NCBI RefSeq assembly: GCF_001194135.2
Contig: NC_069000.1
Location: 22,398,549-22,462,548 of the forward strand
Length of the DNA stretch: 64,000 nucleotides
Source: Octopus bimaculoides
Taxonomy: Eukaryota
Direction: 5' to 3'
Part shown: positions 11,740-23,639 of the stretch, in pieces
How the letters are laid out: each line of letters begins with the position of its first letter
Numbering within the stretch: position 1 is the first letter of the stretch
Notes under the pieces: generated by a model
Told to the model about the DNA's origin: nothing
The model's database searches: none
Seen by the model: the letters and a program-made list of their open reading frames with translations, nothing else
Position numbers and translations under genes: made by a program

Positions 11740-13033
11740 AGAGAGCAAGATAGAAAGAGAAAGAGAGCAAGATAAATAGAGAGAGAGAGAGAGAGATGTT
11801 GTACATAACATTCTTAGTCCCAAACACATTGTACACTTATAACCAAAGCTGTATTGCCAAACTGGGTTTGCAGCTATGGTGATTGCATGAAAATTATCGA
11901 ACAATTAATGAAGCAACTACTTTACTTTATTAGAGCCTAGCATAAAAGCTACACTCTGTGCGGACATTTAGGCTAGGTCCTATGGAGGACGAATTGAGCC
12001 GACTACAAACACCAGATTAGCTTAACTATAATATATCTATAATGATTATATACCCCACTTGTGTTTGAACAGATGTTTAGGATGGATGAGAATTAATACA
12101 TCTTTCTATTGTTCCAGTCCCAAGTTGAATTCCAACTGTTGACCATTTTGTCCCAAAGTTCTTGCAGGGACGTAAAATTAAGGGATTAAACGAGATTTAT
12201 CTCCCCCTTCATCTCTGACGTCATGTGACGAACGCCAAGGGGGCGTGAATTTGCCAAGTTTTACCTGCAAGGAATAGTTTTTGAATCCCAATCCTGGATG
12301 TCAAGAACCAAACGAAGGGCAGATTTTCAATCCTGAGGTCATTCTCATTCCAAAAGAGCAAATGAAGAGTTACATACGGGGGTGGCAGACAGACAGAACT
12401 TACTGTTTAGTATTATCAAACATTTTAAGAGCAGCAAACTTGTTTTATTTAAACACTTACCAAGTTTATAACCCTATTCTCTACATCTACCCACGGACTG
12501 AATGTTGAGTAACCGTTGTTCGTGTTCATAAGGCAATGAGTGGCATATTGGTTAGCACACCGGCGGCATTTCGTCCACGTTTGCAATCTGAGTTCAAATT
12601 TCACTAAGGTCGATGGTTCCCTTGATCCTTTTCTTGTTGATAAAATAAGTTCCAGTCAAGCTTTGGGGTCAAAATGTTCGACTACTCGTTCCACCAAATT
12701 TCAAGCCCTGCTCCTACAGTAGAAAGGAATAGTTCATGTACGATTTTTATTTACCGATCCTTGCTATCATATCCCCTTGCAGTTACACGATTGTTTATAA
12801 TAAAATATTCTGTATGAATCTATCGAGAGTAAAGTATCGTTTCTGGTTGGAACCTCCAGGTTTCCTGTCCTGAAATTGCCTGGCTAAGAGTTCATACGGT
12901 TGGAGGAACAATACCGGACACCTTGTAACTATGTTATGGTACCAACCAGCATGTTACAGAGGGTGTTTAAGAACTCAAAGGTTCATAAAACGGCAGACCC
13001 ACACAACTGTGTCCCCGACCTTTGTTTCCTGAT

Positions 13034-13185
13034 AAATAGTTATATTTTTAAAGAAAATTTCTATAAATACTATAAAATAGTTATATTTTTAAAGAAAATT
13101 TCTATAAATACTATAAAGTAGTTATATTTTTTTTATAAAATTCTATAAAATAGTTATATTTTTAAAGAAAATTTCTATAAATACC
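13034..13185. repeat. 41-bp AT-rich tandem repeat, about 3.5 units
   Basis: aaatagttatatttttaaagaaaatttctataaatactata starts at 13034 and 13075, with a variant at 13116. Confidence 0.9.
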
Positions 13186-14654
13186 TCTCAGATTGTGTAG
13201 ATTACGATTATACCGGAATGTAATGAGGAAAAAAAAAAAAAAAGATTATAGCAGCGACTCCATCTAAGAATATCTGAAGAAGGAATTTTATTCCGAAATA
13301 TCATCGGACTATGGATGACTAAATTACAACAGGTATATAGTCCATATTTTGTATTATAGTGCATTGTTGTACCATTCAAAACTTTTTATTCTTAAAAAAA
13401 AAAAGAAACTCTCGCGAAATTACACACATATTTACTGACATACATAACATATATTTCCACAAAATGGAATTTGAAATTCTGGAAATAAATTGAGATGTGT
13501 GTCAGTATATATGTGTGCGTGACCTCTATTTTCTTCACATTAAATTCCGATATAGTCGTAATGTACGCTATCTAAGAGGTATTTGTAGAATATTTCCTTC
13601 AAAGATATCTATTTTTTCTTAAAGTTATGAGGAACCAATTGTGTGGAGGGCACAGCTGTGAGGGTCCGCTCAATATATCCCCACAAACACCAAAAACAAG
13701 GTGAAGATGACTCTGACTTCACTCTAGTCTTCAGGTGTCCGGGTACGTCCCCCGACGCACACATTCCCTAGCCTCTAATCACCGCGAAAGGTTGAAAGAG
13801 ACTGAATATTATTTGCAACGAATGTCTTGGAGAAAACGTTTCCGATATTATGACGTCATAATGACAATATGAAGAAATAAAGAAATCTCTGGATTAGACG
13901 AGAAATTCTTGAATGAATTTCGTACACAGATGCTGCACGCTCACAATAGCACACTCATATGTATACAAACAAATATTTACATATATACTGTGTGTATGTA
14001 TGTGTATGTGCGAGCGCGTTTGTGTGTATGTGTGTGGGTGGGTGTTTGTGTACACATGCCTGTATATGTGTTTTGTGTGTGCATGTATGTTTGTGTGTAT
14101 GTGTGCATACCTATCTCTTTGTAAATAGATACAGATATAAAGGCGGTGAGCTGGCGGAATCGTTAGCATGTCAGACAAAATGCTTAGTATTATTTCGTTG
14201 ACCTTTATGTTCAAATTCTGCTGAACTTGATTTTGCTTTTTATCTTTTCCGGGTCCATAAAATATGTACCAGTTGAGCAGTGGGATGTATATAATGGACT
14301 TAACCCCTCCCCCGAAATTACTGGCCTTGTGTCAAAATTTGATATCAATATAAACAAACCTAGATGAAGCAAACTGGCAGGACTGCTAGCATGCCAGGCA
14401 AAATGCCCAACAGCATTTCTTTCTTCTTTACCTTCTGAGTTCAACTGCTGCTGGGTTTGACTTTGTCTTTCATCCATTTAGAGTCAATAAAGTAAGTACT
14501 AGTGGAACACTGGAGTCGATGTAATCATGTTTCCCCCTCCACTGAAATTGCTGGTTTTGTGTCAAAATTTGAAACCAGTATATATATACAGGTATATGTG
14601 TTTATGTGTGTGGATTATTTGTGTATGTAACTCTCCACTTGTCTTCGTCACCCA

Positions 14655-15330
14655 CTAAATTCTTGGGAGTATTATGAAGGAATATTCCTCAAGCCTGTCT
14701 TCCATTGGATCCCGTCACAATTAACCATCTCCATATGATTCAACTGGAACCTGAAAAGAGACCAACCAAGTTCATAGATGTTATCCAAACAACTCGCTCA
14801 TGGTCCCCCACTGGGTTTCCCCTCAGTTGTTTTTGCATTGATTCTTTCCTGAAACATTTTTACCACGTTTCTGTAGTATCAGAGCTGTTATCTCTCAATT
14901 CAGAGAAGTAGAGGCCCTACCAGGAACACCTCTCTGATGTGCAGGCTACACACTCAATAGAGTAACATATCTCCAAAGACTATTCATAAAAAACCCATTT
15001 TGACCGTTTATATTCACGATCGTATTCCTTCGATTATTACCCAAGAGGACCAGAACTGTTCCTGATTATTCTACTTTGCTCCACAATGGTTCACTGTCTG
15101 TTGTTATAAGAGGTATTCACTGATTTTTAATCAAGAAAGATCATGACAATAATTGATTATGCAACACCTCAACAAAGGATGTGGTCACGTGTTGGTGTGC
15201 AGAGAACTGCTACTGCTGATGTCCATATGTTTTTTGTGGCTGTGGTGATACTTCATTGTTGCTGATATGCTGAATACCTCAAGAGAAAGAGAAAACTCTG
15301 ACTGTTTGATCCACCATTTAAGATAGCCTT
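14655..15330 (-). mobile_element. Decayed RTE-clade LINE, RT C-terminal region
   Basis: WVIIEGIRS*I*TVKMGFL*IVFGDMLLY*VCSLHIREVFLVGPLLL*IER*QL*YYRNVVKMFQERI...GKPSGGP*ASCLDNI, aligning to the RTE pattern WVMTERxRSRIQAAEMxFLRR...IRExLGVEPLLLxIERSQLRWxGH. Confidence 0.8.
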
Positions 15331-16189
15331 GTGAGGTTTTCTTCAATTATATCACAATATTATCTTAATATACAAGAAGGAGCTGTGTGCTCAAAAGCTG
15401 TACTCTCTCGTGTTTCACACAAAATATACCATGTGGCAAGAGAAAGTCAAACCATTCTATTTGTATGAGAGTGCAAATGATTGTCAATGTTGTTGAAGAT
15501 CCCTCCAGAGTGCAAAATACCTTTTAACTTGTTGCATGTAGATGTTTATCAGATGTTTGTTGTGCACCATCACTTGTAACCCAGAAGGAGGGTATGTTTT
15601 CTTTTTTACTTTCTATGTGCACTACTTAGTGGTTGTGGTTGGTGGTTGTGAGAACAATGTTACTTGTTTCTTCTATATCTCGTATGAAAGTGTAGTGAAT
15701 GGTATGTTTATTATTTGGCTGTCTTGACTTAGATAGCTGCTTATTGGCGTATTTTACCTGTTTTCTACAAGTGGTCACATGACCATACCCGTTCATGCCA
15801 ATTGGATGTTTTAAGTCATTGAAACAGACCGCTTGCCAGACCAGCAGATGTGAGGTCTGTTTCGAGCCAACAGATTGCTATAAATAAAGAATTTTTTTTG
15901 AGATAGCCAGAGAGGAGAGAATTGTTACCAGAGATATTTAACACCATGCTTTGTGTTTACCTTCACACATCAATGGGAACCAATGTATTTTTCTCAACAG
16001 AATTATTTGTATCTTTGGAACACAAGCACTACTATATTCTTTTTTTGTTAGTTTTGTCGTGTAATGTCTCACATTTTGAAACACTTGCAATTTGTATTTT
16101 TAATGCTTATGTTTGTTTCACTTGATATATTCCGGAAATTAAACATTTTAATATACAACATATACTTCACATTATTACATATACTCTAC

Positions 16190-16681
16190 TTTAATGCAAA
16201 AAATATTGTGTTTATTGACTATCTTCAAAATGATCATAGCAACAATGGAAAGTTGAATGCCAACTTACTAAGGAAGTTTCAAAATTCTATCAAGACCTAA
16301 CGCCCAGAAAAACTTGTTTCATTAGGACAATGCTTTTGCACACAATTCCGTGGTTTCAATGGCTGCTGTGCATCACTGGCTTTGCACTAGTTGATCACCG
16401 TCCCTATGTTAGGGATTTGGCTCCATCTGATTATCATCTGTTTCCCAACATGAAAAAATACTCGGCTGGGCACCAGTATTGATGTGATGAAGACGTCTTA
16501 TCTGCAGTTGATGACTATTTTGACAAACAAGATAGCTTCTTTCACCATTGCAATCCAAGCACTGCAGCTACTGATGGAAATGTGTGGACAGTAAGAGGAA
16601 CAATGTTTAAAAATGAACTTCATTTAGTCACATTCCTTGAGAGTGTCTTGCTCAGCCTATGAGCATTTCAGTCGAGCCTCA
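16190..16681 (+). mobile_element. Mariner transposase relic, catalytic C-terminal half
   Basis: AKNIVFIDYLQNDHSNNGKLNANLLRKF...FH*DNA...VDHRPYVRDLAPSDYHLFPNMKK...EDVLSAVDDYFD. Confidence 0.9.
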
Positions 16682-17375
16682 TGATAATAAAAATTATTGT
16701 TATATCTGCATTTGTTTTATTGTTATCATTGAAAAAATCATCTTTTTTCATAAAATATTTGGAGCTGGGTTTGCACCACCTAAGCAAATTTTGTTCCTGT
16801 GCCACGGTGTGTGTGTGTTTGTCCCCCTGCCATTGTTTGACAACCGGTGCTGGTATGTTTATGTCCTTGTAACTTAGCAGTTTGGCAAAGAAGACCAATA
16901 AGATAAGTACTAGGCTTACAGAGAATAAGTCCTGGGGTTGATTTCTTTGACTAAAACCCTTTAAGGCAGTGCTCCAGCATGGCCACATTCAAATGACTGA
17001 AACAAGTAAAAGAAATAAAAGAAACAATATATATATATATATATATGTCGACGTATGAATGTATATATGTATGTGTGTGTGTGTTTGTGTAAATACTATG
17101 GATCAGCTTCTAGCTTTTATGTTCATACACATATTTGTATAATGTATTTATAAACACTTTGATGCTGTTAACAACAACCACACCTGTCCATCTTCAGTTT
17201 TACCTTTATTTTCATAAGCTCAGCTGAGGTGCTCCCTTAAGCCAACTCATGTTTACCTGGATTATGTCTCCGGTCATTAATGCTGAATTTTAGGTATTTG
17301 ATCTGGTCTGAGCGTTAATCTGTCTGTATCTATAACATATACTTTGTGTGTGTGTGTGTGTACATATACACACAC

Positions 17376-17409
<34 letters not shown>

Positions 17410-17516
17410 GTGTGTATGTAGAGATACATATAAGTGTACATGTCTATTTGTATTATACTTACATATATATTCTTTTATTCTTTATATACACACACACACA
17501 CACGTATATATACATA

Positions 17517-18366
17517 TACATAGTGTGATGGGTAAATTGTCACTATTTTATATTTCTAGTTTTATGCATGCACATTCTTTGTTTTTGATTTTGTCAACTA
17601 CACAGTATTGTAGGGTGAGCTGGGCACCATGGCGCAATTCACTCTGCCAGAAATTTAGAAATGACAGGCTGCACAGCTTGGCATTCACGCTGGAAGCTCC
17701 ACTACGAAGCTTTCAGAGTTTTTGAGTGTCTCTCTGAGTAGAGTGCATGTACCGAGAGTGATAGCAATCAAATATTCGGTCAACATCATGGTGTTTGTAG
17801 TGATCACTAGTGATGGCGACATTATGCCCCCATTCATCTTCTCACCTGGCCTCAGACTCAACACGGAGGCCTACATCAAGTGCCTGGAGGAGGTAGTGCT
17901 GCCCTGACTCAAGAGCGTGGCTGCTGGAAGACCCTATGTCTGGCAACAAGACTCTGCACCATGCCACAGAAGCTGGAGAACCCAGTCACGGCCATCTCAC
18001 AATTTCTGTGACCACATCACCCCTGACATCTGGTCACTTGACTTCCCAGACTGCAATCCCCCTGATTATTATGTGTGGAGCGCAGTTGAGTGAGAGACCA
18101 ACAAAACTCCTTTGTAACATCAAAGATGACCTGAAGGCAAGGATTATGGCAGCATTCATTAACTTGAACAAGGAGAACGTCCGGAAGAGTTGCAGGAGAT
18201 TCCGAAGTCATCTGGAAGACATGATTGAAGCCGATCACGATTTTATTGAACAAATTTACTCTTTAGTATTTCAAGATATTTTTATGTAATTTTAGTAAAT
18301 ATAAAATGGGATGTCAGTGTTATTTTCAGTTTTGTGTAATTTAGACGACAATGTATTCATCACAGC

Positions 18367-18372
<6 letters not shown>
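17517..18372 (+). mobile_element. Internally deleted maT (DD37D) transposon
   Basis: IMVFVVITSDGDIMPPFIF...YVWQQDSAPCH...PDCNPPDYYVWS, with 37 residues between the last two catalytic Asp. In-frame stops present. Confidence 0.9.
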
Positions 18373-18416
<44 letters not shown>

Positions 18417-18549
18417 NNNNNNNNNNNNNNNNNNNNNNNNNNNNNNNNNNNNNNNNNNNNNNNNNNNNNNNNNNNNNNNNNNNNNNNNNNNNNNNNNNNN
18501 NNNNNNNNNNNNNNNNNNNNNNNNNNNNNNNNNNNNNNNNNNNNNNNNN

Positions 18550-18620
<71 letters not shown>

Positions 18621-19995
18621 GTTTAACGTCCGCTTTCCATGCTAGCATGGGTTGGACGATTTGACTGAGGACTGGTGAAACCGGATGGCAACACCAGGCT
18701 CCAATCTAATTTGGCAGAGTTTCTACAGCTGGATGCCCTTCCTAACGCCAACCACTCAGAGAGTGTGAGTGTCTGTGTATATATACATATATCCATTCAA
18801 CAGATACAGGGATGGTTATATAGTTATGGAGTTTGATTTTTGTTTGATAACTTCCCCAATGTATGATACTTCCGACAAATATCTTCAACTATAACTTCAC
18901 ACTCTTGTGAGTGTGAATGGGTTGACAGAAACTACAGTGAAACTCGTCATATACATACATGTATATATAGTGAGACAGAGCAAGGGTTAAGGAAATATAG
19001 TCCATCATTTCATTCCACAGTCCATACAAAACCTGGTTAATAGAATACTTAGGTAAGAGAATCAGAATCCATATTTATTTAATTCATAGCACATTCCATA
19101 CAAACTGAAAATCCAAAGCATTTTACCTGCATTATTCTCAGATTATAATATTAAACAGACTAAAGAATGAAGATGTAAGTATTACATATCATTATTAAAG
19201 GTCGCAATCATTTCAGTTAGTTAGAGAACTGTTTCATCAATTTGTATGTAAATCCATAAAATAATTAATTTATTAATGAATGAGGTTGCTGCCAGCCACC
19301 TTGTCAGATCATTGAAAGTTCGTCATCATCATCATCATCATCATCATGTATCATACATTTTTACAGTGCATTGATAGCACTACAATGAGAGTCTTCCTGA
19401 TTTACCATGAGTTCTCCCATTAGATGAAGCTTTATTCTGTTACTTCATTTTGAGCTTCCCATAATATTTCCCTGACAGAGATATTCTGGTGGTTTACCAT
19501 TACCTTTTTCAACTGGATCACTGTTGGCTGACCAGGAACCCATCTGCCCTTCGATGGTCTTGTTTTTTCTCTTGCTGGGTGTCCAGATGGCTCCCCCGCT
19601 TGAGTAGCTTATTACTCTTGTGAGGTAGCCAGTTTAGCTACAGATCACTCAACCATGAAACAGGTAGTAATGGTTCACATAGTACCAGTACCAGATCACA
19701 TCAGCCTGTGATGAGATCCCTGATCTGGCATATAATACGTATACATTGCTGTTTCAAGTCCAAGGACTTGAGATACTAATATCCAGAAGGTATTCTACAA
19801 CCTAATGTCCTTTAATATATTTGTTGGAAATTCTCAAAATTATACTTAGAAGGGCATCTTGGCATTAGGAAGGGCATCCAACTGTAGAAACTCTGCCAGA
19901 GCAGATTGAAGCCTGGTGCAGCCTTCTGGCTTGCCAGTCCTCAGTCAAATCGTCCAACCCATGCTAGCATGGAAAGCGGACATTAAACGATGATA

Positions 19996-20027
<32 letters not shown>

Positions 20028-20156
20028 ACTTAACATGTTAACTGCCATGGCCTGTTACTGGAGCTTACTGGTGATGCTATGTATTTTGTGTGCTATTGCT
20101 GTCAGTGCAATATTAGAATATTTCATAATTAAACTTTAATATTTAGCACTTAATAT

Positions 20157-20382
20157 TCAACCCTTCAGCATTTAAACCAGCATATTTGACCAAAATATTC
20201 TACCTGTTTTATGTTCAAACAGGCCAGATCCAGGCTCTCTCACCTACCCTACAATGTCATTGTAAAAATAAACCGTCACATCATCGAAATCTTGAAGCTA
20301 CAAGATAATGTATGATTAGTTCAAAACAATGTGAATAAATAAGTATTACACTTGACCGAGTAATCTGGATACAGGTAGGTTG
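20157..20382 (+). mobile_element. MITE family F (piggyBac-like ends)
   Basis: tcaa-cccttcagcattt...ggttga, homologous to 49111-49324. Confidence 0.7.
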
Positions 20383-20399
20383 ATATTTAGCATTCATCA

Positions 20400-20930
20400 T
20401 CATCATCATCGTTTAACGTCCGCTTTCCATGCTAGCATGGGTTGGATGATTTGACTGAGGACTGGTGAACCAGATGGCTGCACCAGGCTCCAATCTGATC
20501 TGGCAGAATTTCTACAGCTGGATGCCCTTCCTAATGCCAACCACTCCGAGAGTGTAGTGGGTGCTTTTACATGCCAGTCAGGCGGTACTGGCAATGGCCA
20601 CGTTCAAAATGGTGTTTTTTATGTACCACCTGCACAGGAGCCAGTCCAGCAGAACTGGCAACGACTTCGCTCAAATGGTTTTTCACGTGCCAGTAAGGCG
20701 ATGCTGGTAACGATCACACTCAAATGGTGCTTTTTATGTGCCACCGGCACGGAAGCCAGACAGCTGCTCTGGCAATGATCATGCTTGGATGGTGCTCTTA
20801 GCGCTCCATTGGCACAGGTGCCAGTCATTGAATTTGGTTCAATTACAATTTTGATTTCACTTGCCCCAACAGGTCTTCGCAAGCCGAGTTTAGTGTCCAA
20901 TGAAGGAAGGTTGGCATGGGTGCCAGTTGT
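20400..20930 (-). mobile_element. RTE-tail element (family D), long copy
   Basis: Same tail as 3745-4190 plus GC-rich modular repeats. Confidence 0.9.
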
Positions 20931-21968
20931 TGAATTTGGTTCATGTTTTTTAATATTTAGTATTTAGTACTCATATAATGTGACAAGATGGCAGAATTGT
21001 TTGTACGCCAAAATGCTTAGTGACATTTTGTCTGTCTTCATGTTTTGAGTTCAAATTCTGCTCAGGCTGACTTTTCCTTTGAACTTTTTGGGAATGATTA
21101 AGTAAGTACCAGTTGAACACTGGGGTTTGTGTAATTGAATTTCCCCCCTACCCTAAAATTGCTGGCCTTGTGCCAAAACTTGAAACCAATATTTAGCACT
21201 CATATTATTTAAATATCCTCAAAACCATGCCAAAGATGCAAAATAGGATATTTTCTCAAATTACAAGAAATGGTCCCCCACTGGTGCATACAGCAATTGT
21301 ATGGATTTTGTGATGAACCACCAGTGGTATATGTGGTGATTAACATGTTAAAGTTACTTGGGTATAATTCTGAGTGATGTGACGTTGTAGATTATCCCCA
21401 GGACAATACTGTCTTGGGTCCTTGGATTCATAGGGCTAGTTATCCAGTTTCCATGGCATATAAGGGACCAAGATCACAACATACCCCTGAGTAGGATACC
21501 AGTCTGTTGCAGGGTTAATCTTTTACAGCTGAGTGAACTGGAGCAACATGTTTTGCTCAAGAACAAAATGCATTGCTTGGTCCAGGAATCGAAACCACAG
21601 TCTTGCGATCATGAGTGCAACACCCTAACCGCTAAGCCATGTGCCTTCACTGCAGAATATAAGAAATGTAAATCAAACAGTAAGTGTTCACCCCGCCTGG
21701 GAGATATTTCAGTGGATGGATAATGAAGATAAGGGACGCGTCAGATTACTTTCTCTGATCTTGTACAAGTACTGGCCAGCACCTCAGTCCTCACATGTCA
21801 AAAGGTTGTCAAATTTATTGTATGTATATCTAGTGAAAGAGAGAAAAGAATTTATGAGAGAAACCGGAATTTCAAAGAGATGGCAGTTTATGGCTACAAT
21901 CTCAACATTGCTAATAAATGGAGAAAAATTAATATAGAGATGAGGATTGAAAGGAATAAAATAAATAA

Positions 21969-21999
<31 letters not shown>

Positions 22000-23606
22000 G
22001 GGAAGTTGTTAGAATGCTAATGATTCTGCCAGCTGAATGCTTTATACTGGCATTAATAATCCTTTGTTATCATAGGCACAAAGCCTGAAATTTAGTGGGG
22101 AGGGGGCTAGTTGATTACATTGACCCCAGTGCTCAGCTGGTTCTTATTTTACCATCCCCCAAAAGAATTAAAGGCAAAGTTGACCTCAGCAGAATTTGAG
22201 GACATCCAGCCGTAGAAACCATGCCAAAACAGACATCGGGCCTTGACAGCTCTTCAGCTTGCCAGCCCCTGCCAAACTATCCAATCTATTCCAGTATGGA
22301 AAACAGGCATTAAATGATGATGATGATGATGATGATGAATGAAAAGACAGATGGTGAACATAAAAACAGGTGTTAAATGATGATAATGATGATGATGAAC
22401 ATAAAGACAGAGAAAATGCCACTAAGCATTTTGTCCAGCATGCAAACAGTTCTGCCAGCTCACTGCCTTTATGCAAGCCCGAATGGTCCCTTTCTACTGA
22501 GATTTTGGGGGAGGGGGCCAGTTGATTACATTGACTCCAATGTTCAAGTGGTACTTATTTTATCCACCCTGAAAGGATGAAAAGCAAAGTCGACCTCAGT
22601 GGAATTTGAACTCAAAACGTAAAGACTAAGCATTCTGCCAGCTCACCACCTTTATGCAGGCATTAATAATAATACAAAAAAGAACATGCAAATATAAACT
22701 CACACTGCAAAAAACACATGCATGAATACATACCCCACTCCACATGCATATACACACACATACGCATACAGAATTTGTACATGATTAACTTTACTGATGT
22801 GCATGCATGTATGAAACCTCATTCATTCATTTCCAGTTATTTGACATCCATCATTTCCTGTATAACTTAAAACAGAGCAACACCTAATACTCTTGTTATT
22901 CACATTTTCTTTCCTTTCTCTGTGCTTATTTCTTCTTTTAACCTACTGAAGAAGGAGTTGATTCTCTAATCATCAAGGACACTTTCATGTCTCAATCTGA
23001 CACCCTGAGAAAAGACATACAATAACCCTCTCAGTATTAATCTGAAGATTTAAGGACAAAATCATCATCAACAAATCAAACAGAAGATCCTTTCTAAGAT
23101 CAAACATTATAATGATGAACCAAAAAGACCTGTATGCTTGCTTGAAAAACTGTTTCTTTTAAAAGAATATAAAAACCTCAAGAGACTATGTAAATATTAG
23201 GAGCAAGTTTTTCTTCATGTCTGCATTTCACAAAAAAATCTTAGTGGTAATTTAAGACACCACCAGACACATCATAACACATTTCAGTGTTGGTTAATGA
23301 AAATTTTCATATCCATAAAACAGTGTGCAGTTAATGATCTCCTCTTGATATCTCTGTTTTTTTTTCTAAACACACATGCTTATTCAAACATTGATTGCAT
23401 TGAATGCGTTTACTATGCCATCTTGTATTTACTAGCTTGGTAAATGGCAAAATAAATTAATATTTTGGCCAGTAAACATTAGGTAGCTATTTCACAAGGC
23501 TTTTCGTGGTTTTTATTATAATAATATATATTTGTATATGGTAAAATTTATCACCACTTAAATGTGGATGTGTTATTTATCATGAGAATCTCTCATATGG
23601 TTTTGT

Positions 23607-23639
<33 letters not shown>

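Noticed and set aside
22943-22980. ctgaagaaggagttgattctctaat, HHR-like
   Set aside because: GAAA box is absent; too decayed to call.
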